The position numbers and the translations under genes were made by a program. From assembly GCA_963798085.1 (NCBI GenBank), contig CAWCRS010000007.1:1849029-1913028 (forward strand): a stretch of DNA of 64,000 nt, in the 5' to 3' direction. The stretch comes from an uncultured Gemmatimonadales bacterium. Lineage in GTDB: Bacteria; Gemmatimonadota; Gemmatimonadetes; Longimicrobiales; RSA9. Below the pieces are notes generated by a model. That model searched no databases, was not told the origin of the DNA, and saw only the letters and a list, made by a program, of their open reading frames with translations. Position 1 is the stretch's first letter. The number at the start of each line of letters is the position of its first letter. Positions 42,602-51,189 of this stretch are shown in pieces.

Positions 42602-44003
42602 TCAATCCCACCAGCCGTGCAGGTACCAGTTGTCGTCGCGCGCATCGCGGAAGATCCAGACCAGCTCGCCTTCCACGGTCACACCGCGGAAATACTCGCG
42701 CGCGTAGGGCTCATCCCACTGTCCGCCCGATAACCGCTCCGGTCCCGCGACCGTGAGAAAGCGACGCCACTCGCCGTCCTGATAACGCACGGGCAGGCAG
42801 TGATCCCGCCGCTCGACTGATTCCACGCGGATGCGCCGCGGCTCGCGCAGCAACTGGAGCGTCAGCCCGACGGGATCCGGAACGGGAAGCGTCGCCTGCC
42901 ATCCGTCAAAAGCGGACTGCGCCTGATCATTCGTGGATCGCGCACCCGCCCGCGCACCCGCCCGCGCACCCGCCAGCTCCAGCGCGGATCCGCTCCACGC
43001 CGCGACCGCCTCCGTGTCCAGCGCCAGGAACTCCGTGCGCTGTTCCGCCAGCGGGTGCGCCGTCAGCTCCTGCCGCACCACCACCGGGCCCTGTGTCTCC
43101 AGCAGGCGAGTCAGCGCGGCCTCCACCGCGGACAATGTGGCGAATCCGATATCGAACAGGTCGCCCTGAATGGCCGAAGCCGCCTCGGTCTCCAGCACCT
43201 CGAGGCTCATCCCGGCCACCGCGTCCGGAACCGTCAGCCGCTCCAGCAGCCGTCGCACCAGGCGCAGCCACACCGCCCGGCTGGCCGTGGGCCTCGCCGG
43301 ACGCAGCACCTTACGCCAGCTCTCACCATTCGCCAGCGGCAGCGTGAGCGCCATGCGCCGCGCGTGCGCGCCGTGCTGCTCCAGCGCTTCGCAGAATGCT
43401 TCCCAACAGCGTGTTGGCCGTGAACGCCAGCTGCTCGCCGTCCGTCACCACGTAGTCGACGAAGTCCAGTGACGTCTGCGGCCGGTCCCCCACCGGGGAA
43501 CGGAACAGCCGCCGCTCATCCTCCGCCCGTGCCAGCCGCCAGATGCCCACAGCCCCCGCGCCGAAACGCACTTCCACCGCTTCCGCGGACACCTCCGCCA
43601 GCGCGCCACACGTCTCAATGCCCACACCCTCCAGCAGCAGCCGCAGCCGCTCCTCCGGCTCCAGCACCGCCAGCGGCCGATCCGCCAGGAACTGCCGGTC
43701 CTCTCCCACCGCCACCACCTGCACCGATACCTCTCCCGTGCGATCCATGGCCGCCGCCCGGGCCGCGACCGGGGTCGTCGCCACGCCGCACCCCACATCC
43801 TCCGCACCCCGCTCCAGCAGCCTGGCCACGATCCGCTCCGCCAGCCCCGCCGCATCCAGCCCCCGCCCATCACCCCACAGCACACCGCGCTCGCCCACCG
43901 CCACCCGTGGCACGAACTCGAGCAGCTCGTGCGCCCAGGCTTCCGCATCCCGCGCCGCCCACGCCCGCCCGATCAGGCAGATCAGCATGTCTCGAAACAA
44001 CAT
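42602..44003 (-). CDS. imuB: ImuB-like inactive Y-family polymerase, frameshifted near 43395
   Basis: GCGVATTPVAA, FLADRPLAVL, GVGIETCGALA...VEVRFG (HhH), QGDLF clamp-binding motif, C-terminal GPERLSGGQW..YAREYF...WYLHGWWD typical of ImuB. Confidence 0.88.
42939..42974. repeat. 12-bp tandem repeat x3 inside imuB (encodes AGAR repeats)
   Basis: CGCGCACCCGCC x3. Confidence 0.8.
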
Positions 44004-44039
44004 GAGGTATTCAATGTCATGAGCCTGCCAAACAACGTA

Positions 44040-44822
44040 TTACAGGCGACGATGCGAAGTACTGCCCGACGCCGTATCCTCGCGCTCCCGCTTCTTCCAG
44101 CTGAACCGCCGCGGCGCTCCCCGGCGGTCCACCAGCAGCGGGTCCGGCGCGATGCGCGCACCCCGTGTCAGAACCGGTAGCCGGAACTCCGCTCGACCGC
44201 TCCACCCCAGCGACCACGCTTCCACGCGCAGCCTCGCCGCGGCCGGCTCTACCGGCTCACCAAAGGGGCCCTGCTTCCATTCCCAGCTCGCGGGCAGCAA
44301 ATGCGATTCCATGCGCAGCTGCGCCTGCGAGGTGTCCCGTCGCACCACCACCAGGCCGCCTCCACCTGCCCGCACCGCGCGGCCCAGCCGCAATGCCATC
44401 TTGTCCGGGAATGAGCCCGCATCATCACCCGACCCGCCTGCACCCAGTACCACGAGCCCGAAGCCGCCACAGCGCGCCAGCTCTTCCACACACTCCATTG
44501 CTTCCTGCTCACCCGGCGGCCGGACCAGCAGCGGGCCCATCGGCCAGAAGTCTCCCTGCATCACCCCCGCCGCATCCACCCACGCCGCCCGCTCGCCCCG
44601 CTCCACTACCGCCCGGCACGCCGCCCGCAGCACGGCCGTGGCTCCGCCCCCCGGCTTCCACACCGTGAGCCGCCCGCGCGGAATCCCGCCATTCGGCAGC
44701 AGCCCATCCAGCGCCCCGATCCCCGTCGCGACCGCCGCCCCGGTCCGGTAGACGAGGGGCAGCGCCCCGGGATAGCGCTCCGCCAGCTTCTCCCTGAGAC
44801 CTGCCACCGCGATCGCACTCAT
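44040..44822 (-). CDS. imuA: ImuA / RecA-like mutagenesis accessory protein
   Basis: VATGIGALDGLLPNGGIPRGRLT, degenerate P-loop, AAWVD, ELARCGGFGLVVL; directly upstream of imuB. Confidence 0.85.
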   Translation of the reverse strand: MSAIAVAGLREKLAERYPGALPLVYRTGAAVATGIGALDGLLPNGGIPRGRLTVWKPGGGATAVLRAACRAVVERGERAAWVDAAGVMQGDFWPMGPLLVRPPGEQEAMECVEELARCGGFGLVVLGAGGSGDDAGSFPDKMALRLGRAVRAGGGGLVVVRRDTSQAQLRMESHLLPASWEWKQGPFGEPVEPAAARLRVEAWSLGWSGRAEFRLPVLTRGARIAPDPLLVDRRGAPRRFSWKKREREDTASGSTSHRRL

Positions 44823-44828
44823 GGCTGC

Positions 44829-44858
44829 AACCTAATACCGTAGAAAAACCGAAGACAA
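44829..44858 (-). promoter_or_regulatory. Putative sigma70 promoter of imuA (leaderless) with candidate operator in the spacer
   Basis: TTGTCT-18 bp (TCGGTTTTTCTACGGTAT)-TAGGTT, then 6 nt to the ATG. Confidence 0.6.
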
Positions 44859-44863
44859 GGCCC

Positions 44864-45115
44864 TCGGACCGTCTTGGCGTTCTTGGGTTTGTCCCGGATC
44901 AACTATCAGATGAGCCCAGCCGGACAGCCGATCCTGCGGGCGCAGGCAGCGCGCGTCCGTTCCCGCCATCGCGGTGCCCCGTTCCGAATGTAGAATGAGG
45001 GCTTGATCGCCACGGGTGGGCATGTGTCGACCCCACCTGGCCCGGATTCACCCGCATAGCTGGGCTCACGTCATAACAGGATGTAGCGGAACCCAAGAAC
45101 GCCAAGACGGTCCGA
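44864..45115. repeat. Nested inverted-repeat element (MITE-like or structured RNA)
   Basis: Perfect 26-bp IR TCGGACCGTCTTGGCGTTCTTGGGTT (44864-44889) / AACCCAAGAACGCCAAGACGGTCCGA (45090-45115); inner 10-bp IR TGAGCCCAGC (44911-44920) / GCTGGGCTCA (45059-45068). Confidence 0.85.
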
Positions 45116-45219
45116 CGCTCGAAGCCTGTAACGCTCCGTTAGAAAGGATGCGTGGACCGTGGTGGGTGGCCTCCGCGTACCGCTGTCGCAATCTCGAGGA
45201 TCGGGTTCCACCCGCCTGT

Positions 45220-45562
45220 TTCACGGTCATCGGTTTTCCCGGGCCGAACGGCGATCTCGCAGCGCGCACGAGTCGCCCGGTGACTGCGCTCGTGTTGGCC
45301 GGGGCGAGAACCGCGAGTCGCGACGGCTCGTGCTGCGTCAGGCGATCATCGTCACCGGCGCCGGCGCGCTCATCGGCTTCGCCGGTGCGCACGGGGGCTG
45401 TGCGACTGCTGCGCGCGCTCCTGTTCCAGGCCAGCCCCACCGACCCGCCCAGTCGGACCGGAGCGGCGGGCGTGCTGCTGGCGCTATGCTGCTCGCCGCG
45501 TGGCTACGGCGCGGCGCGCCATCAGGATCGACCCGGCTGACGCCGTTGCCGCCGACGCATGA
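45220..45562 (+). pseudogene. Degraded C-terminal fragment of an FtsX/MacB-type (ADOP-like) ABC permease
   Basis: Across frames: RRLVLRQAIIVTGAGALIGFAGA / VRLLRALLFQASPTDP / LLAAWL / RRAIRIDPA; no N-terminal part. Confidence 0.65.
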
Positions 45563-45638
45563 GCCTGCCCGCTGCACTGCTCGCCGTTGTGCGGCGTTGC
45601 GCGTATGATGTCTGCTCCCATGTCATCGGAGTCGAACC

Positions 45639-47375
45639 ATGCTGCGTCCATCATCTCTTCTGCGCGCCCTGCTCCTGCTGCCCTGGCTGCCGCTCGCGAC
45701 TTCCTGTGGCGAGCGACCCGCCGGTTCATCTCCAGCGGCTAACACGGGAATAGCTCTGGCCGCGGGCGAGCAACCCGCGGATCTCGCCGCGAAGGTCGAG
45801 CAGTTCGATCCCGCCGACATCGATTTCGCGGATTCCGCGCTCGCTCCCTGGGAGAAGAGCGTGATCGCGAAACTGATCGAGGCGACGAACGTGCTTCACG
45901 ATCTCTACGCGACGCAGGTTTCGCCGCAGGATCCGGAATGGAAACAGCAGCTGGCATCCTATCAGGGCCCGGGGGCCGGGGCGGCGCGCACCTGGTTCGA
46001 CATCATGGTCGGGCCGTGGGACCGGCTCGATCACGACAAGCCATTCCTGGACGTGGGCCCCAAGCCACCCGGCGCCGGCTTCTATCCCGCGGACCTCACC
46101 AAACAGGAGTTCGACGACTGGGTCGCCGCGCATCCCGCGGACAAGGATGCCTTCACCGGCTACTTCACGGTGATCCGTCGCGCACAGGGTGGCGGGCTGG
46201 AGGCCGTTCCCTATTCGACCGCGTACGCGGAGCCCCTCGGTCGCGCCGCAGCGCTGCTGCGCGAGGCTGCGGACAGCTCGGAGAACGCTTCGCTCGCCGA
46301 TTTCCTGCGCAAGCGCGCGGCCGCGTTCCTCAGCAATGACTACTACGAGAGCGACCTCGCCTGGATGGACATCAAGGACAGTCGCATCGAGCCCACCATC
46401 GGCCCGTACGAGGTCTACGAGGACAACCTGTTCGGCTACAAGGCGTCATTCGAGAGCTTCATCACGGTGGCCGACGCCGCGGCCGGTGCCGAACTGCAGA
46501 CCCTGAAGGATCACCTGCCCCGGCTCGAGCGCTCGCTGCCCATTGATGATCGCTACAAGAATCCCAATCGCGGCTTCGAGAGCCCCATCCGCGTGGTCGA
46601 CGAGGTCTACACCGGCGGCGATGCGCGGCGAGGCGTCATGACCACCGCGTTCAATCTGCCCAACGACGTGCGCGTGCAGGAGCAGAAGGGTTCCAAGAAG
46701 GTGATGCTGCGCAATGTCTCACAGGCGAAATTCGATCGCGTGCTCGTGCCCATCGCGCATCAGCTGCTCGCCGAGCACCTCACCAGCGAGATCGCGTTCA
46801 AGCCGTGGTTCACGAACGTCGTCATGCACGAGCTGGCGCACGGCCTCGGACCGGGTCGCATCACGCTTGCTTCGGGCGAGAAGACAACCGTCAATCGGGC
46901 GCTGCGCGATCACTACTCCGCGCTCGAGGAAGCGAAGGCCAATGTCACGGGGCTGCACAACCTGACCGTGCTGGCGCAGGAGCACGTGTTCGATGATGCC
47001 TTCGTGCGCGCCGCATTCGTCGGCCACATGGCGGATCTCTTCCGCGCCGTGCGCTTCGGCGCCAGTGAAGCCCACGGCCAGGCCAACCTCATCCAGTTCG
47101 ACTGGCTCATGGCGAAGAACGCCTTGCGCTACGATCCGGAGACAGGCCGCTTCGACGGCGACATTGCCGCCATCATCACCGCCAATCGCGAGCTGGCGCA
47201 CGAGATCCTGACCATCGAAGCCACCGGCGACTACGACCGCGCCACGAAGTTCATCGCGCAATTCACCGCGCCCCGCGCCGAACTCCAGGCCGCGCTCCAG
47301 AAACTCGCCGGAGTCCCCATCGACATTCGGCCGCACTATACCGTGCAGGAAAAGATGGCGGCCTGGGGAAAGTAG
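45639..47375 (+). CDS. Lipoprotein zinc peptidase, M49/dipeptidyl-peptidase III-like (HExxH type)
   Basis: Lipobox LATSC, GAGFYPADLT, IGPYEVYEDNLFGYKASFE, AFNLPND, KGSKKVML, MHELAHGLGP, LEEAKA, RFGASEAHG. Confidence 0.87.
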   Translation: MLRPSSLLRALLLLPWLPLATSCGERPAGSSPAANTGIALAAGEQPADLAAKVEQFDPADIDFADSALAPWEKSVIAKLIEATNVLHDLYATQVSPQDPEWKQQLASYQGPGAGAARTWFDIMVGPWDRLDHDKPFLDVGPKPPGAGFYPADLTKQEFDDWVAAHPADKDAFTGYFTVIRRAQGGGLEAVPYSTAYAEPLGRAAALLREAADSSENASLADFLRKRAAAFLSNDYYESDLAWMDIKDSRIEPTIGPYEVYEDNLFGYKASFESFITVADAAAGAELQTLKDHLPRLERSLPIDDRYKNPNRGFESPIRVVDEVYTGGDARRGVMTTAFNLPNDVRVQEQKGSKKVMLRNVSQAKFDRVLVPIAHQLLAEHLTSEIAFKPWFTNVVMHELAHGLGPGRITLASGEKTTVNRALRDHYSALEEAKANVTGLHNLTVLAQEHVFDDAFVRAAFVGHMADLFRAVRFGASEAHGQANLIQFDWLMAKNALRYDPETGRFDGDIAAIITANRELAHEILTIEATGDYDRATKFIAQFTAPRAELQAALQKLAGVPIDIRPHYTVQEKMAAWGK

Positions 47376-47386
47376 TGGTTCGGGTT

Positions 47387-47815
47387 GCGTTGCTGGTTGC
47401 TTGTTGCCGGGGCTGGTTGCCGGGAACGACGCTAACGGATTGTCAACTGCGTTTCTCGGACTCGGGCTGGGAACGAACACCATGGTCGGATTCGCGTCCC
47501 ATCCGATTGCTCGCGGGCGATCAGGCGTCGCCAGCAGGAGCTGGGATAACGCCTGATCCTGCCGCAGGTGCCCGCATCGAGGCCGCACGCGGCCCTTTGC
47601 TCTGACTGTGGCTGTCGGTTCTGGCCCTCAGTGACCTCGTGTTAACCAGCCGCTCCGGCCATTCGGCGAGTGCCGGCGCAACCGTCGCAGGCAGATCTGC
47701 GCACGGAGATCAGACAAATCGTGCGTTCCCAGCCTGAGCCCCAGCCCCAGCCCCGGAAACGCAGTCCAGTCTGTTTCCCGAGCAACCAGCCCCGGCAACA
47801 AGCGACCAGCAACGC
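47387..47815. repeat. Repeat family locus 5: ~95-bp imperfect inverted arms (47387-47480 / 47721-47815) between convergent genes
   Basis: Both arms read, in one orientation, GTTCCCAGCC..GAG..GAAACGCAGT...TTCCCG(A)GCAACCAGCCCCGGCAACAAGC(A/G)ACCAGCAACGC. Confidence 0.88.
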
Positions 47816-47828
47816 CGTCAAGGTCCTG

Positions 47829-49934
47829 TCAGGCGTGCGCCTCTTCCTTCTCCTTCCTGGCGGCCTCGATGATCTTCTGCGCCACGTGCTGCGGGACTTC
47901 CTCGTAGCCGTGCAGTTTGCGCTTGTGCACAGCGCGGCCCTGCGTGATGGAGCGGAGCGTCGTCGCGTACTTGTACAGCTCGGCCTGCGGGACGAGTGCG
48001 CGCACGATGGTCTTCTGCCCGCTCTGCTCCATGCCCAGGATCTTGCCGCGCCGGTGGTTGAGGTCGCCGATCACGTCGCCCATGTAGGCTTCGGGCGTGA
48101 TGACCTCCACCTCAATGATCGGCTCGAGCAGCACCGGGTCGGCGGATTGCGCAGCCTTCTGATAGGCCACTGAGCCCGCGATCTGGAAGGCAATGTCGCT
48201 CGAGTCCACGCTGTGGTACGAGCCGAAAAAGCATTCCGCCTCGAAGTCCACCATCGGGTAGCCGGCGAGGATGCCGCGCTTGAGCGCTTCCTGGATGCCC
48301 TTGTCCACCGACGGAATGAACTTGTTGGGAATCACACCGCCCGTGATCGCGTCCGTGAACTTGTAGCCACTGCCGCGCGGCTGCGGCCGGACGCGCACCC
48401 AGCAGTCACCGAACTGGCCGTGCCCGCCTGTCTGCTTCTTGTGTCGCCCCTGCGATTCCGCCGTCCTGCGGATGGTTTCGCGATAGGGCACGCGTGGCTC
48501 TTCCGTTACGACTTCCACGTGGTACTTGCGACGCAGCCGCTCCATGTTGACATCGAGGTGGAGTTCGCCCAGCCCTCTGATAATGGTCTGTTTGAGCTCC
48601 GGATCGTAGCCGCTGTGGAACGTGGGATCTTCCTCGTGCAGCTTCTGCAGCCCGACGCCGATCTTGTCCTCGTCATGCCGCGATGCGGCGCGCACCGCGA
48701 GTGAAATGTCGGGCTCCGGAAAATTGATGGGCTGCAGCACCAGCGGCCGGTCCGCGCTGCACAGCGTGTCGTTGGTGTGCGTGCTGCGCAGTTTGGCCAC
48801 GACGCCAATGTCGCCCGCGTGCAGCTCCGTGACTTCCAGGCGCTCCTTGCCCTGCGGAACGGAAAGGTGCGTCAGCTTCTCGCTCGCTTCGCGGTTCGCG
48901 TTCCACACATCCTGGCCGGTGAGCAGCCGGCCGCTGAACACGCGGAAGAAGGAAAGCTCGCCCACGTGCGGCTCGCTCGCGGTCTTGTAGACCAGGGCGG
49001 CCAGTGGCCCGTCATCGGCGCCCTTCAGCTCGACCACCTGATCCAGCCCCGGCCGCTGTGCCAGCTCGTGCGGAGCCTCCGCCGGGCTGGGCACGATCTC
49101 CACCATCACCTCGAGCAGTGCACGCGTGCCCCACGTCTTCTCCGCAGCTCCGCAGAACACCGGGAACAGCTGCCCCGCCAGCATCGCGTGCTTCATGGTT
49201 GCCAGCGCGTCGCTGGTGCTGATCTCGCCGCCTTCGAGATAGCGCTCGAGCAGCGTGTCATCCGTCGTCGCGATGGCCTCGAACAGCTCCGTGCGCGCCT
49301 GTTCCGCCGCGTCCCTCAGTTCATCGGGTATGTCGACTTCATCGTATTCGCCGGTTACGGTTCCCGGCTTGAACACGTGAGCGCGGCCCGTGAACAGGTT
49401 GACAATGCCGCGGAAGCTCTCGCCTTCGCCAATGGGGAGTTCCGCCACCACAACCTTGTCCGTGAGGTGCGTCCGGATCTCCCGCACCACGTCGTTGAAA
49501 TCGGCGTTTTCCTTGTCCTGCATGGAAACGAAAAAAAGCCTGGGAATTCCGCGGGCCTGCGTGTATTCCCAGACTTTCTCGGTGCCGACCTCGACGCCAG
49601 TGGTAGCGCCGAGGACGAGTACAGCGCCATCGGCCACCCTCGTCGCCGCGACTGTCTCGCCGGTGAAGTCGAGATAGCCCGGCGTGTCCAGCAGGTTGAT
49701 CTTGACGCCTTCCCACTCCGCGAACGCAGTGGCAGTCTGGATCGAGATTCCGTGAGCGAGTTCTTCTTCCGCGTACATGGTCAGCGCGCTGCCGTCCTTG
49801 ACGTTGCCATGTCGCCTGGCCGTGCCCGTCACGAAACACAGCGCGTCGATGAGCGAACTCTTGCCTGAGCCGCCATGGCCCAGGATCACGACATTCCGAA
49901 TATGACTGGATGGGTACGATTTCGCGGTGGACAT
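47829..49934 (-). CDS. fusA: Elongation factor G paralogue (EF-G2 / EF-G-like)
   Basis: RNVVILGHGGSGKS, LLDTPGYLDF, GLGELHL, PYRETI, HKKQTGGHGQFG, GSYHSVDSS, LLEPI; divergent G2 (HGISI) and G4 (SMQD). Confidence 0.9.
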   Translation of the reverse strand: MSTAKSYPSSHIRNVVILGHGGSGKSSLIDALCFVTGTARRHGNVKDGSALTMYAEEELAHGISIQTATAFAEWEGVKINLLDTPGYLDFTGETVAATRVADGAVLVLGATTGVEVGTEKVWEYTQARGIPRLFFVSMQDKENADFNDVVREIRTHLTDKVVVAELPIGEGESFRGIVNLFTGRAHVFKPGTVTGEYDEVDIPDELRDAAEQARTELFEAIATTDDTLLERYLEGGEISTSDALATMKHAMLAGQLFPVFCGAAEKTWGTRALLEVMVEIVPSPAEAPHELAQRPGLDQVVELKGADDGPLAALVYKTASEPHVGELSFFRVFSGRLLTGQDVWNANREASEKLTHLSVPQGKERLEVTELHAGDIGVVAKLRSTHTNDTLCSADRPLVLQPINFPEPDISLAVRAASRHDEDKIGVGLQKLHEEDPTFHSGYDPELKQTIIRGLGELHLDVNMERLRRKYHVEVVTEEPRVPYRETIRRTAESQGRHKKQTGGHGQFGDCWVRVRPQPRGSGYKFTDAITGGVIPNKFIPSVDKGIQEALKRGILAGYPMVDFEAECFFGSYHSVDSSDIAFQIAGSVAYQKAAQSADPVLLEPIIEVEVITPEAYMGDVIGDLNHRRGKILGMEQSGQKTIVRALVPQAELYKYATTLRSITQGRAVHKRKLHGYEEVPQHVAQKIIEAARKEKEEAHA

Positions 49935-50030
49935 TGAGGGCCTCCTGATGGGTCGCCCGAAGTACCTGCACGGGGGTTTCCAACGTAGACGGAGGGGAAA
50001 CACCGGTCAAGCGCGTCGCGCCTTTCAAGC

Positions 50031-50231
50031 CGCGAGCCCGCCACCCGGAGGTGGCGGGCCTTTCAGAAACAAGCGCGACTGTAACTGAAGAGCCTGAAAC
50101 ACGCAGCGCGAGCCCGCCACCCGGAGGTGGCGGGCCTTTCAGAAACAAGCGCGACTGTAACTGAAGAGCCTGAAACACGCAGCGCGAGCCCGCCACCCGG
50201 AGGTGGCGGGCCTTTCAGAAACAAGCGCGAC
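50031..50231. repeat. 76-bp exact tandem repeat, 2.6 copies, each with a 10-bp GC hairpin
   Basis: Units start at 50031, 50107 and 50183; hairpin GCCCGCCACC-CGGA-GGTGGCGGGC followed by CTTTCAGAAAC. Confidence 0.93.
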
Positions 50232-50330
50232 CGAAGCCGCAGAGCGCGGACGTCGATACCCGCATGTGCCGTGGCCTTTCAGAGCATGTGCCGGGGGGGA
50301 CGAACGAGGGCCTGGCCAGGCGGACAGGCT

Positions 50331-51158
50331 TCAATTCTGGCGGTACCGCCGGCTGGCATCATCCAGCACCTTTCGCTCGGCGGCGGTCAGACTGCTTATG
50401 CCACTCGAGTTGATCTTGTCCAGCACCTTGTCCAGCTCGTCCAGCATCAGGCTCTCTTCGGCGCTGCGCACGGGCCCGTTCGCGCTCGCGCGCACAGCCG
50501 AGGCCGGCGTCTGGCCACCGGGCACGACGGTCAGCTTCTGACGCGTCATCATCCTCCGGAACTTGCGCATCCCCTTGGGCCCGCGGTACCGCTCCCACTT
50601 CAGGTAGGCGAAGCCGGCCGCGAAGCCACCCAGGTGCGCGAAATGGGCCACACCATCGCCGCCCCCGCTGAACGCGGAAAACACGGAGATGCCCACGAAG
50701 ATGAGCACCAGGATCTTCGCCGGAATCGGGAAGATGCCCCAAATGTAGATGGGGGCGTCGGGCCAGTTCATGGCGAAGGCCAGCATCACGCCGTACACGG
50801 CCGCCGACGCGCCGATGATCGGGTTGTTGACGAACACGAACGACAGCGCCGCGCCGCCCATGCCGCACAGGAAATAGTACTTGAGGAATTCCCGCGATCC
50901 CCACCGGCTTTCCAGCGGCGGACCGAAGAAGAACAGCCCCAGCATGTTGAAGAAGATGTGCATGAAGCCGCCATGGACGAACATGTAGGTGACGATCGTC
51001 CACGGCTGGAACAGCACATGCGATGGCGTGAAAGCCAGCCAGCCCGAAAGCTCTGGTTGCGCGTAGGTCAGCACGAACACCAGTACGTTCGCGATGATCA
51101 GTCGCTGAACCCACGGCGTCATGCCAAAGCCGAAGGTGAATCCGCTGCGGTACGCCAT
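50331..51158 (-). CDS. Rhomboid family intramembrane serine protease with C-terminal DUF6576-like tail
   Basis: QPWTIVTYMFVH, HIFFNM, IGASAAVYG, VAHFAHLGG, LDKVLDKINSSGISSLT. Confidence 0.93.
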   Translation of the reverse strand: MAYRSGFTFGFGMTPWVQRLIIANVLVFVLTYAQPELSGWLAFTPSHVLFQPWTIVTYMFVHGGFMHIFFNMLGLFFFGPPLESRWGSREFLKYYFLCGMGGAALSFVFVNNPIIGASAAVYGVMLAFAMNWPDAPIYIWGIFPIPAKILVLIFVGISVFSAFSGGGDGVAHFAHLGGFAAGFAYLKWERYRGPKGMRKFRRMMTRQKLTVVPGGQTPASAVRASANGPVRSAEESLMLDELDKVLDKINSSGISSLTAAERKVLDDASRRYRQN

Positions 51159-51189
51159 TCCGTTTCTTGTGAGTGCCCGATGCCGTCGG

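Noticed and set aside
45071..45146. Complete integron attC site or integron
   Set aside because: Spacing between the L'-like and R'-like boxes is not canonical, and there is no cassette array or integrase in the window.
18560..46945. Conserved Asp read as Asn in two enzymes (GAGLNVF in the dehydrogenase, EEAKAN in the M49 peptidase) as inactivating or editing events
   Set aside because: Too few cases, and they cannot be distinguished from base-calling error or natural variation without reads.
50085..50175. Hammerhead ribozyme (CTGAAGAG...GAAAC...GTA in the tandem unit)
   Set aside because: Core-like words are present, but I could not form stem I or a properly closed stem II.
50031..50231. 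CRISPR array
   Set aside because: The would-be spacers are identical, there are only three palindromic units, and no cas genes are in the window. A tandem duplication explains it.
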